A model generated the notes under the pieces. That model worked only from the letters and a program-made list of their open reading frames with translations. It did no database searches and was not told the origin of the DNA. The translations under genes and the position numbers were made by a program. This document shows, piece by piece, positions 29,787 through 43,827 of a stretch of DNA of 64,000 nucleotides. Positions within the stretch are counted from its first letter, which is position 1, and each line of letters opens with the position of its first letter. The DNA is from the human T2T-CHM13v2.0 reference genome, Homo sapiens, in NCBI RefSeq assembly GCF_009914755.1, contig NC_060927.1, one strand, 5' to 3'.

Positions 29787-30824
29787 TACAAGCTAGCATC
29801 AGTGGATAATATCAAAAGCTCCTGGAGTCAGAAAAAGTTAACAGAGTAAATCCACTTGTTTTGGGGTTACAGAAGCTTGGATTTTCCCCACCTCTTTCTA
29901 AATGGTTCTAAGGGACAATAGTTCTTTTCCCTGGGGCTTGTGGGGGAAGGTTAATTCTCAATAGGTGCTTTGAAACCTTAGGCTCCCTTTAATTACGTGG
30001 CTTCTGCTGTTCCCGATATTTCTTAATAAAAGAGAAACCCTAATAAGAATATATATGGGCTGATTCACAAAAAAATGTAACTAAACAGTACTTCATCTAT
30101 AGGTCAAATCCTATAATGACAAAAACTAACATTTTCCATAAAACAAAAATACCCCACCTGATTATCCTTTATTTCAGAAAATATTTCATCAAAACTGTAA
30201 GATAAAGACCACAGCCATACTCTTGCAGAGTTCACCGCAATTGAACCTGATTTATTATGAGTCTGTGAATATCTTTATTCACAAAAGCTATTCACAAGCA
30301 ATCCTCTGTTTTCTGTATTGACAGTTTCTCTATCAGGAATAGATGACACCAAAATTATCATTCTCTTTGTGTGGTTCCAAAACACATAAAACTCATTGTT
30401 TTTAACCAAGCCATTTCACTTTCCAATTCACAGACTCTTATTTGCTATGAGTCCCATTAGTCATTAGTATAAATTAGAATGGGTCTACAATTGTAATGAC
30501 CCATGCCTTATTAACCTCCTCCCTTTATCAAGCACTGTGATTTAAGAGATATCAGTTCAGCCTACACAGGCTGCAAAATTAACATCAGCCACTCTGGAAA
30601 TAATCATGGAAGAAAGCATTTAACAACATAAAAAGAAATCCTTAGCTATATAGGACCATTATTAATTTATAAGCTTAAAACTTATGGCAAATAAAAGAGT
30701 AGAGATCTATATGCAAATATGTGAGCATCTATCCAAGAATATGCCACTTCAGTTGTGTTGCATTTAGTTACTTCAAACACTGAATGCTTAAGCATGGAAA
30801 AGATCTGGTAATAGGTTTTAAATG

Positions 30825-30975
30825 GAGGTAGCATGGCTTAATGGACTAAGCTCTAGGACTTAATGGAATCAAGGAGTGAATTTTAAAAGCTGGTCTGCCA
30901 CTAACAGGTTATATAAACTTTAGGAGTCACTTAAATTTTTACTAGCTTCAGCCTCATTACTTCTAATCAGTAACA
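30825..30975 (+). mobile_element. MIR
   Basis: ggtagcatggcttaatgg...tctgccactaac...gtcacttaa. Confidence 0.55.
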
Positions 30976-31869
30976 TCTGAAGTACTGTCTGCCAAAACCC
31001 ACCCTGTTATCAGTTAAAAACATATTCAGATATGTGTGTGTTTCTATATGTGTCCACGTACTTATATTTTTACATAGGTATCTTCTCTTTACATATAGGC
31101 TTAATTTCAGTTATTGATAAAGGAGAATTTACTTTTTACTCTTTTTACCTTTCACACATCACTCTTCTAAATCCCTGGCTGCTGATGAAAGATAAAATCC
31201 TCCCTCTTCACCATTGTAAACTTTATATTGCTTGTGTATTTATACTGGAAATGGCACAAAAAGTTTAACTGTATTTTGACATTCTACTAGTCACATTTCC
31301 TGGTATACTAATGATTAGTATAGAAAGACCACCGGGGACTGAACATAATCATTAGGCAAGTTGTAATCATCCCATTCTTGCATGGTTACTTTTTAATCAT
31401 ATGTAGGGAAAGTGAGGGACTGCCTTACTTCTCTGACCCTGCAATTTATGCTAACATTAGTCATGTCAGCCATTGCTCCTGTCAATAGATGTCCTAGAGC
31501 AAACTAACAAAAGATGGAAATTGTAGAAAGAGGGAATGTAGATATCATGGATGAGATACCTTCTTGTTTATTTATCATTGATCCTCAAAATAAAAAAAAA
31601 AATCTAATATGTCAGTAGCACCCCTTCTTGTATTGTTACTTGTTTTCTGAAGTATGAAATCTCAAGGGAAGGGCCATGAACTGGCCTAAACACCCCTCTG
31701 CAACTCACTACTTCACATATTCAGCAAGACTGCTGATGTAGAGTGGGCCAAAACAGGAGGACATCTATCTGCATCTATTGGAAGAACAGACACATGGCCA
31801 AGTTGATATTACCATAATACAAAATATAACAAATCACCTTTTTACCATTTTCAAAGATCTAGGCACATT

Positions 31870-32010
31870 TTATCCTCATACTAACTCTACTGAGAAAGTT
31901 ACTGTCATTAAATGATATTTTACAGTAAGAAAACTGAGGCAGAGAAAGGATAAGTTACCTTTTTAAGATCATATGCTAGAAAGTGGCGCAATGTGAACTT
32001 AAATTCTTGT
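31870..32010 (-). mobile_element. MIR
   Basis: ttttacagtaagaaaactgaggcagagaaaggataagttacc. Confidence 0.65.
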
Positions 32011-32907
32011 AGTCTATCCAGAAGTGTGCCGTAGGAACTCAGATGAGAGCCTGCTGGCTGGAGCAATCCTGCTGCAATTGGTAATAAAACATATTTATTC
32101 TCAGAAAATAAAATCTTGGCTTTCCAAATGTCTCTTTAGTTGTGATATAGGTCTAAGTCAATCTATAAAACCTACCTTGCCTAGGCAGTATTATCTCATG
32201 GATTTATGTTTTAGTAGTGTGAGTAAATGCATGTCTTATGTAAAATAAGAAATTTTGAGGGAAAGGAAAGAGATGGAAGCTAGTATTCATTATTTATCTC
32301 TAAAGGCACTATGCAACATACATTAGTAAATCTTTAAAGTAACTCTAATATATAGGGATTGTCAAATTCATTTTTTCTGACAAGGAATTTAAAGCTCTAA
32401 AAGGTGTATCAACTCTCAAAGATTATCCTGATTGAAATTCAAACCTACATTTTTAAAATTTAAAAATATGTATGCTCTTTTTACCACATAAACACCATAG
32501 GCACAACCTCATTCCTTCCCTATTTCCAGTCCCACCATACATAGTTGGAGTTATTTATTAATTTTAAACTCAAGTTTTGTTTCATTTTGTAACTTCAATG
32601 GAATTATAGTGAAGGACTAATTTCACTGCTTAAGATGTAGTATCTCAAATCTCTAGTTATAAAGAAGGCTAAGCTAAGGGTTAAGGATCAAAAAGAGTTC
32701 ATTTGACCATATAATCCCTGTCATTTATTAAAACAGATTGCATAAATTGCACTCAATAAGACAAAGGCTTATGATTATTTGATTTGTAACAACAAAACAC
32801 ATTCACTTGAAAACACTCAAGGTTGGCTCAGGCTCTGGCAGAATTATGTGCAGGTATCACAGCTAATCCTTTGAAAGAAATACAAACTGATGGCAAAACC
32901 CCTTAAA

Positions 32908-33040
32908 AGGAAGAAAGGAAGGAAGGAAAAGGAAGTAAGGAAGGAAGGAAAAAGGGAAGAAAGGAAGGAAAAAGGGAAGGAAAGAAGGAATTAAGGAAGA
33001 AAAAAGGGAAGAAAGGAGGAAAGGAGGAAGGGAGGGAGAG
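32908..33040. repeat. (GGAA)n-like polypurine repeat
   Basis: Directly visible. Confidence 0.95.
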
Positions 33041-34849
33041 TTTGTTCAGGGAGAAGGAAATATACATATTGATCAAATTAGTCTTGAAATCTAGTATTTA
33101 ATTTATAAAATAGTTCATGTTCCAGAAAACCACAGGAAATGAATGAATGTAAATGGTTAATACAAATATAACCCCCATTAATAAAGAACAGCATCAAACC
33201 TCAGGAAAGTCATTCTTTCAACTGTGTTTGAGTAAGGTGAACCCTCGAAGTTTTTATCCTTAATAATATTAAGTTTTCTAAGCACCAGCAGTGCTTAATA
33301 GGAGTATACTGGGAAGTGACTGGAAAGATCCATCAACAGCTGGATATGCACAGTGTCATCAACCTCAATTCAGACAGCTTGAAAGAAAACCTCTTGGAAT
33401 TTTACACTGGTGACCATGAATCAGAGACAATGCCTTTAGTTCAGTGACAAGCATTAAGTTATGACCCTAAATCCTAAATTTGAAGGCTCGAATAGAAGAT
33501 ACCCTTGCTTCAGTAGAACCTGGCTCACCAAAAGGCTCACCCATATGGAGGTCTGAAACCTCAATTTTGTCCAGATTATACGCAGAAATTCCTCAAATCT
33601 CATATAATATTCATTCGCTGTAATGGAAACCATGCAGGTTCCTAGAAACTGTCAAGCCAGAATCTGAGCACAGAGTCAAATCTGGCAAAATAAGCTCCAT
33701 TTGAGATTCATAATTCAAAATTAGAATACATGCAGCCTGTAGGCTAATTGTACCTTTGTGCAATCCAAGTTGATGCAGGGATGTCCGTGGAGCAGGTACA
33801 TTGACCCAGAGTTGATACATGTGCCAAAGGTTTCTAGATAAAAATATGGGACAATGTCCTTGAGGTACATTATGGGAATGTGGATTATGGTAACTGGTGA
33901 ATTAGCACATCCCTTGCCTTTTTTTTTCTGATAAAGCTTCTTTCTGGCAAATACCACTCAACATATTGTCAAGGAACAGACACCAGGCTGCTCATTGCAG
34001 AGAAGCTGCTAGGATAATTGATATCACATAAATGTAGGTTGGACCTTCTTGCAAAGGATACAGCTATCAGAGACAACGTAGTGTGGCAGAAGACATGTTG
34101 GGCTAGGAGAACAGAGACGTGGATCTATACTCCAGTATGCCATAAACTGACCTATTTATTCATAGGTAAAATGAGCCAGATTGGGGATGTTAATTTATTA
34201 ACATAACACTTTCTAGAAACAAAACATGACAATATACATGTGTAGGTGCACACACAGGTGCGCACACAAACAGAGGTATTAGAATCGTTACTTTAATTCT
34301 ATAGAGATCCTTAGGTAACTGGAAGCCATTTGCAGTTACTAAAATTCCTTTCAACTTTGTTATCACAAAATGTTGCATTTTTAACAATAAGAAACTATTT
34401 CTTTCCATTTGACTTATGAGAGAAAATAAAATAAGTAGGAACACCTACCTGTTGAAACACAATCCTGATGAGATCTATTGTTTTTACCAAGCAATGAACA
34501 TGGGGAATGTGATTCAGGAGTCAAGCCTTATGACAAGGAAGAAAGAACGAAGAGAAAATAGTAAATGAGACTTAAAAGCAAAAGAACACAATCGCTTGCA
34601 GATAATGTCAACATCTCTTTCTAGGAGAAGCCAAGTCAAATATATCCCTCATATAGAGTCACCTCCTTTGGTTTGTCAGGAGGGAGAGGAGAGGGTGTTC
34701 TCTGTTCTGAGTGGGTCACTGAGTTACTAACCAGCTGAAATCCCTTCACCTGAAATTAGAGTTCCATATTTTCCCTGTGCAAAAACAAAGACTTAGATGT
34801 TATGGTTAATAGCTATATAAGCAATGAGACTACCTGCAAGATTCACTAC

Positions 34850-35170
34850 TATTTTTATAGATTTAGGAGATACAGTGCACTTTTGTTACAACGACATACT
34901 GTGTAGTGTTGAAGTCTGGGCTTTTAGTGTAAACAATCACCCCAATAAGGTACATTTTACCTATTAGGTAATTCTTCATTCCTCACATCCTTCTCAACCT
35001 CCCACCCTTCTGAGTCTCCAATATCTTTTATTGCACTCTTTATGTTCATGCGTACACATTACTTAGCTCCTACCTATAAATGAGAGCATCCAGTATTTGA
35101 CTTTCTGAGTTATTTCACTTATGATAATGGCTTCCAGTTCCACCCATGTTACTGCAAAAGACATAATTTC
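34850..35170 (-). mobile_element. L1MA/L1PB 3' UTR fragment
   Basis: Antisense L1 3' UTR (ttagctcctacctataaatgagagcat...gataatggcttccagttccacccatg). Confidence 0.85.
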
Positions 35171-35861
35171 AAAAAAGATCAACACATTACAACACAGTTT
35201 TTCCTAGAAAGGTAAAAATAACACACTCCTTTGGCATTATTAGAAACCTCAAAATGAGAGGTCATTAAAAACCCACTTTTGTTATATACAAATAATAGAA
35301 ATTACGAGGCTGCCCTAGAGATGTGAGACCCAAGAAATAGGATATACAAAATAGCAGAATGATAAACATAATAACAGGATAAATCCTGAGAACACAAAAT
35401 AATTGCAATTGTGATGGGAGATATATGAAATTAGAAAGAGAAATATGCAAATTTAGAATAATTTTAATAGCAAAAGGTAACTAATTACAAAAGAAATACA
35501 TAAATTTTACCCTTGATTCTGCCAGATTCTGACAAAACTTGGATGGAGTACATAATATTATCTCATGAAAAATTATTTAAGCTAAACTTTCACCCTTGGC
35601 CTATGTGTTGATCTTTTTACTAACAAGCAAAGTTTTTAAAATTGAATTCCCATATAAAATTTACTACTATTTGTAGCATGTGAAAAGCTCATTAAAAGTA
35701 GGTAAAGTTATTTACTCAAGGCACATACCTTAGAATTATCTATTAATATATTCTCATTAGTACACTGACACTCCCATTTATGTACAAGGAAACTAAGCCA
35801 AAAATTTCAGTTCATTTAATACAGCATATGGTATATGTGATGTCAAAAGAAAGGCATTCAA

Positions 35862-36730
<869 letters not shown>

Positions 36731-36872
36731 AGAGAAAGGCATTCCAGAGAAGGTAAAACACGAACTGAATGTTGGAAAACATGTAAGAGGTAACCCAGCC
36801 AAAGGGACAGGGCAGAAGGAAGCCTTTCTAGGCACATGGAGCTGTTTATAGTCTTTTGCACAGAACATGAGG

Positions 36873-36874
<2 letters not shown>

Positions 36875-36916
<42 letters not shown>
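36875..36916. repeat. (TG)n microsatellite
   Basis: Directly visible. Confidence 0.97.
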
Positions 36917-36918
<2 letters not shown>

Positions 36919-37747
36919 TGATATAAATCAGAGGTTGAAATGTTGTTGGAGAACAAATATTAAGGCATAGCAACAGAAGCAGCATGGAGAGACAGGCTGG
37001 ATCTGTGTCATGAAGTATCAGGGTCATGCTTGGAAATGTATACAGTTTTCTGCAGACCACTGAGGAAACATTCAAAGATTTTAAACAAGAATATTTTTAT
37101 TTGTAAAATAATCTTTCCAGCTAAACCACTGAAAATGGTTTAGAAGGGAATAATTCTGAAATCAGGGAATTCCATTATAAGGTTATTTTCCATAAACAAG
37201 ATATTAATGAGAACCTGATTCAGGCAGGTGCAGAAGAAGTGACAGACTTGAAATATATGGAGGAATTGAAATCAATAGGACTTAGGAATCATTTCACGTG
37301 GCAGAGAGGGAGAAAACAAATATTATTGACAAGAATTTTATTTTTGTCACTAAGTAGAAGAGCAAATTGCAGGGCAAAAGAACACCAAGAAAGTTACAAG
37401 TTTAATGTAGAAGAAAAAAATGGTGCATCCAAGTTTTAGACACATGAGATAGGTAGTTATGTGTCTGGAGACTATGAGATAGGCTGGGCATGGATGTACA
37501 GGTGTGAGATTTACACGCATATAGAGAGTTATTAATCCATCAGAGTAAATGTGATCACTTAAAAGAGAAGGAAGAGAAGAGATCTATCTCTTGGGACTTT
37601 AATGAATACCAGTATTCCAAAATACAAACAAAGAGAAGTATATAAGAAAAGAAATTGAGACTAAAAGGCATACTGAGAATATAGGGGAATAACTGAGAGA
37701 GAGGAGAGATTGAGAGAAAGAGAGACTTAGATCATGGAAGCCAAAGG

Positions 37748-37838
37748 ATTGCATGCCTGTATCAAAACACCTTATGTACCCAATAAATATATGCACCTAC
37801 CATGTGCCCACAAAAATATACATTAAAAGAAAATTAAA
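37748..37838 (+). mobile_element. Very short L1MA 3' tip inside L2-like sequence
   Basis: attgcatgcctgtatcaaaacacc...cctaccatgtgcccacaaaaat; flanked by a shared ccaaag. Confidence 0.7.
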
Positions 37839-39359
37839 AACCAAAGAAACAATGAACTTTGAAAAAGAGAAAATGGACCAATTTCCGAGAAAGGGCAAAC
37901 AAAATAAGGAAAATTGAAAGTGCTTTGGATTTATAAACAAGGGAGCTATTTCCAGTCTTTAACCTAAGAAGTTTTGATACACAAGCCAGAATAGAGAGAG
38001 TTTAAAAATACATAAGACATTTAAAAGTGGAGACAATGAGTTTATATTTCTCTCTCAAGAAGTCTGAAGGAATTGGCAGTTGGTAGAAGGCTGAGCCAAG
38101 GCCAGCAAAGGGTTCTGGAGGCTCATTACGCACCCCCCTTTTAGAAACATTGTAGTTTTGAATGAGCTCAGTGATCTCAAAGAAACCTCACACAAGGTTT
38201 CTTACACAACCTGCTGAGCTCTAGAGGTTTTCTCATTCTTACAGTGCCAGGAAACTCTTATTCTCACATATCTAATCAACTGTTTCTTGTGTACAATTTC
38301 ATACAACTATGCAAAGCTGAATGAGAGCATCATCTCTCTCTGCAACTCCTTGACATGTGCTTACCTGTGCTGTAAGGCTGCTTTGCTTGTAAATTCATGT
38401 AATAAACTTTTCGTTACAAGTATACGGTATGGCGAGGCACCAGTGGTGTGTGTCTGCTTCCCTTTGCAAATTATGGATGACCGCAATTAAAATATTCCAC
38501 TTACTCTACTGCTATGATATTTTGAAAAGAACACAATTACCTAGGCCATCATGACAGGAGGAAATTTTTCCTCCTGGGAGCAGCAGCACATCATTTGGAG
38601 GACCACCAACTAGGTGGTCATGGCCTATCAGGACCTCGAATAGATCAGGGCACAAGATAATTAGGAGTCAAAATCCAAAGAGCACTGGATGTGTTGTTAA
38701 GGCTTCCAAGAGTCAATGAGAAGGAAGCCTGGCTCTACAATTCCTTAGAAGAACCCACCAATGTAAATGTGAACAGCTATGTTTGCTGTGATTATGGTTG
38801 CCGATGGGCCAGCTAAAATTTCAGAAGCAAGACATGCTGTGGACTGTGGCTGCTCCAATAAGGCAGGAGCCTGAAAGGTACCTAAGAATATTATAGAGCT
38901 AAACCCATGCTAGAGGCCCCAGGGACCATGCCTATGGGGCAAAAATGGAAGTGGGGAGCCTTTCTAGAGGTGTTTTCCTGTGGAATGGAAAGACTAGCAA
39001 GTTAGACAATAGGCCGAAGGAAAATCTAGACTGGATTTAGAAGTGTCAAGGAAGGGATAAACAGAAATAAAAACTGAGGATGGGGCCAGGAATCCTGCTC
39101 TTCGAAGGGGGAGAACCAAATGCTCCTGGGTTTGCTATTTATATCAGAGCTTCCATAGCTATTATTCCGGTTTGTTGGTTGATTCATTGGTTCGTTGGTA
39201 GGTAGTTTGCTGTTATTTTGTCAGCCTGTATAATTGGCATGTGCATTTGGAGCATGAAGGTGATTGGCTATGCTGGTAGGACGTTGCCTTTGTGACCCCA
39301 GCTAGGGAACTTAAAAGGGTCAGCCAACAGCATGACCAAGAACAATCCTAAACTGTAGT

Positions 39360-39945
39360 TGTTGGGGAAACCAGCCCCACACCACCCAGCAGGTACCCCA
39401 AGTCCAGTGGAGAGAAAGGAGTTAGAAAGAGACAGAAGAAGCATTTAAAAGGCAGGTCCAGGGGACCGGAGAGTCGGAGGCTTGCTCATGGCCCAGAGCT
39501 CTCGGGCTCCACCCAATTTATTGGTTTACAAGCTCTTTGTTCTTAGGGCAGATGGGAAGGGGAGGAAGGGATGAGGGAAAGGATTAATCAGTGAAGGAGA
39601 ACTCGTGAGTCATTCGATAAGATGTATAGCAGTGGCGGTTTCTGTGAATTTCCTTGAGCAAAGGCGTGTGTCTAAATTACTTAAGATCATTAACTTATCA
39701 GGACTGAAATGGGTGGGAGCGGGTTTCAGGATGAGCCAAGATGTTTGATTATACTCCCTGCTTCAAGGGAGTGTTATCTCCCCCAGCAACCTGTGGAATG
39801 CCGCTGAGCGGTTACGCTCTGGGGGCATAAAGACATGAAGGCAATAAGGAGACTTTTCTCCTCAGAGGCCGCCCATGGCTCCCCATGGGTGTCTCACACA
39901 GGGCAGACCAACTCAACTGGCACCCCAGAAACTCTCTTTCCCACA
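39360..39945 (-). mobile_element. HERV-K group solo LTR, LTR14C-like
   Basis: 586 bp; TG...CA termini (tgtgggaaagagagtttctgggg on the minus strand); minus-strand AATAAA near 39520; perfect 5-bp TSD gtagt at 39355-39359 and 39946-39950. Confidence 0.85.
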
Positions 39946-40713
39946 GTAGTCTTTCTGGAGTCTCAACTGAATAATTAGTATATTCATTGAGACTTCTCTA
40001 CTTGCCCATTTAAATCTCCAGCATCTCCCATCATCATTCAACTTCCAGAATCTTGTCTCCTCTCACAGCCACCAGTAGTTGTTCTCTTCCAAGACTTTTA
40101 GGTTTTTAAAACATGTATGACAATTCAGTGGTGGAGGGTACCTCCGTGCTAGTTCCTGGACTATTCTCTATGGTAACATGTGCGGATAAATACAGCTGCC
40201 TGGGAAGCCTCAAGCTGATCTGTGCTTTTCTCCATCCAAAGAGACTACTGACATCTACTTAGGCTCCACTTTTTAAACCACAGCTTGAAAAGTGGCTCCA
40301 GGCAGAATGCAGTGACTGTGAAGCTAACTTTCTGAGTTATCGTTAAGAATCACAGTACGGTCTTGGAATGTTGTCCAATGTCTAAAATACATGCTTTATA
40401 TAATTTGTCTAGTTTCATAATCTTTGTGGAATAGAGTAAACCTTCTATTTGGTCATTTCTAGAATCAAACATTACAAAATTTTTAACAGCTACCACTCAA
40501 TCACCTTCCCTAAACACTCACTAGGGATTTAGATAATATGTGAAAAGTTTTTAAAATGCAAGAAAGAAATAGAAAGAATTTTTATTAAAGAAAAGTGTAA
40601 CCCAATAATTATTTTGTTTCAATCTTAATTATCAGTATTTAAAATATAATTAATATTTAATACTATTGCACTTTTGACTTTAACGTTTATTTTACTCTTG
40701 TGAAATGCCACAG

Positions 40714-43700
40714 AACAGAGAAGGAAGTGTATTTCAGGGTCTTCTCAAAGATGCATATGGCCTATTTTTAAAGAACAGGTACACACAACTGATATAAGGA
40801 AACAACAAGACAGGAAAAGATATAAAGTAAGATGTGGTAGCTGACGAAGGAAGACATGAAACCTAAGCTCCCAAATAGAATGTAATGTTTATATGTAATG
40901 AAATTGCTGTTTCATCTTGTCTCATTGCTAGAATGTCCTCTTTTATCATCCGATAGAGGAACAAGCTGGGGAGAACAGACTGTATTTAAGTCCACTCTGT
41001 ATTAATCCTGAGTGAAAGCAAGGAGTAAAAAAAACTACCAAAGCACTTCTCAAAGTATGTTCCACAAAGTGCACTGTGCTCTTCCTGGAAAAGTTCATAT
41101 ATGGTCACAAAAAACTTAATAAATCTTGAAGACAATGAGAAATTCTACATTAAAATGACCTGATTAATTTGGCTTAATGTAGCCTTTCACAAAATTGCTT
41201 AACTACACAGAAAAATGTATGCAATCGTATCTACTAATATGATCTATGTTATTATATGGTTATGATGACTTGAAATGAGTAATCTTTGGAACACAATTTG
41301 AGAACTCCTGAGTTATTTTATTTCAAAATGTTTAAATGAGAGAAAAGGAAAGCCTGCAGACAACATGATGCAGTTTTTTTCCTGAGTCAAATTGATCAGT
41401 GGTGCTATTGAAAGATCCCATAACATGGTCTTCAAGACTAGAAAAATAATACACGTTTGACCCAATAACCATACAACTCAGGAGGAGACACATGAAAACT
41501 ATGTTTAGGCAGATGGAAACATGAGTCGCAGAGTAACTTAGAAGTCAGTGTATATCAGAGAAAACAAAGTCAGGAGATATTATTCCACTGTTCAAAATAC
41601 AAAGGTCAACAGACAAAAAGACAAATTGCAGTATTCTGGGTGAGATAGAGGAGCAGGCCTATTACTCAGCAATGTTACAGAAGGTGTATCTGTGCTAATG
41701 GAAAAGTCAGAAACAGGGTGGTGAAAAGAGCAATGTAATAGCAACATCATCAGCCCAGCTAGGCCTTTTATTAGAAAAAGAAAAATAGAATAGACACTTA
41801 AAGAAAAGACTGATAGAAGCCAACATTCCACTCAAAAAGGATTTTATAGCACACACCACAACGATCAGACACATTTCTACCAGCAGCAGAAGATAGCCAG
41901 CCATAAGAATATTAAAAGGTACTTGTAATAAAAATAGAAAAAAAAGTTTCTTTTTAAGAACCTGTATATCAAACAGTAAATCTATCTAGTAAACATGAAA
42001 AACACTGATGATTAAATAGGAGTGAAATCAGTATTATGTATACATGTAAATTATTTGCAAACCTGTATTGTTTAGCCAATTAACTCATAGATCATTCTCA
42101 TTCATTCATTTATTATTTATTGACCAATAATATATAATTCTGATGTAATTCTCATTTAGATTGATGTTTAAATGGACATATTTAAACTTGAGTGAAGTCA
42201 ATGTTATGATTTTGGTGCCTAAATATAAATTAACTTTGTGTCTAAGAGACGACAGCTTACCAGATAACCGGCCTTTACTTAGATATTTGTGTTTCATACT
42301 GTACCATCAAACATATGATGATGTTGATCCATCGTCAATAAAGGATGGGTTTCAAAGTATTTGCGAGCTGGGTTCTTTTTGCTGATTTTTGGTTTTATAC
42401 GTTTGGAATATGGTAGATATGATCAAGTTGTATTATTAAAAAACAGATTCATGTCCTAATTATTAGTACAGTGTTCTAAAACAATGATGAACCAACAAGA
42501 GAGTTATCTTCATAGAGAAAATCTATACTTTCTAAGTAACATGTGTTCGGGGTTTTTTGTTTTTTTAGTTACACCTGTTATGAAATAGAGAAGAAGATGT
42601 TATGCTTGCATTTTAAAAAATTTCAATCTGGATAAATGTATCTAAAATATTCATAAAATTAAGCTTTTTCAGTATAAAAAACATGGTTTCCTAAATTGTT
42701 TACAGAGTGACTATAAGCTGATGGAGATATTTTGAGCACAAGGTGCAGCCGAATTTTAAATAACTTCCTCTTACTCCTCATCAGTATCTATATGATTTCT
42801 AATCATTCCTGTACACATCAGCTGTGATGAGGATGAATCCAGGTGTGATGAACATGTTCTTGTTATTCTGAAGGATGTTTATTTTTATTTATACCATTGT
42901 GTTCAGGCTGCTCAAGCACTGTTTAGAAGAAGTAGGCATGCAGAGCTTCCAAGTCAATCCTTATGCTAGCTGCATTTTTGGAGTGGATGTAGGCTCTCTT
43001 CTCTTTTGGATATAGATTTCCAGTTGGTATAGTATGAGTGATGCTAGGATACTAATTCTGAAATTGCCTTTAGTTCTACTGTGGTATAAAAAAAGTGTTG
43101 TCTATATAGTGGATCTATCTGAAATTTTAAAACTCTTTAGAAAATCTGAGAAAAAAGAAAACAGAAATTTCCCAATATCAACTTCCGTTAAAGAAAAACT
43201 TTCCAAGCCAGATGTCTGTCTGTAGAGTTGTATGTCAAGAACTTTGCATAATTATAGGTAATTATGCAAACCTTCTTGGAACACATATTCCATTTATTTT
43301 GTTGTTGTTGTTGTTGTTGTTCCTGAGATTAGAAACTTGTCAAAAAGGGCATTTTTACTTATCAATCTAACAGTAGATCCAAAAACCTTAGCATAATATA
43401 GGCTTTTTTTCTTAAGCATTTATTTGCCGACTAAACAAGCGATTCCTGTTTATTTCTACACGATAATAATTTTGAAGCTCAATCCACCCACAAGTCTAAT
43501 GCTTCATATTTGCTGCTATGCAAACAGGAAAACTAAACAAGAGCCAACTAGAGAAACAAAGCTTAATGTTAGGAGCCCACCTGATCACACCCAGCAAATG
43601 GTTATATTTGGCTGATACTTATTAAAGCTGCATATTTGAGTCTATTAAGATGCATTTCATTACCTCTGACAAATGCAAATAGGCTTTCAACCTTTTCAGA

Positions 43701-43827
43701 GCAGCAGGATTTATTGTACAGTTGAAAGAATGATTGCATCTGCCTGTGGGCTTGGTGTAGTCTAATTTCATAATATATACACAAACAAGATTTGTTCTCG
43801 GAGTAACACTGCGACAATTTCAGAGCT
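40714..43827 (+). pseudogene. Possible decayed multi-exon unitary pseudogene or lncRNA exons (unidentified)
   Basis: Exon-like blocks ending 41918, and at 42247-42412, 42706-43026 and 43700-43827, with AG/GT boundaries and compatible phases; in-frame stops; no homologue recognised. Confidence 0.2.

Noticed and set aside
41340-41920. Hydrophobic minus-strand frames faintly resembling class C GPCR or XK-family transmembrane segments (e.g. TDTPSV..NR)
   Set aside because: The T-rich strand inherently yields hydrophobic residues; motif spacing does not fit and many stops occur, so no family can be assigned by eye
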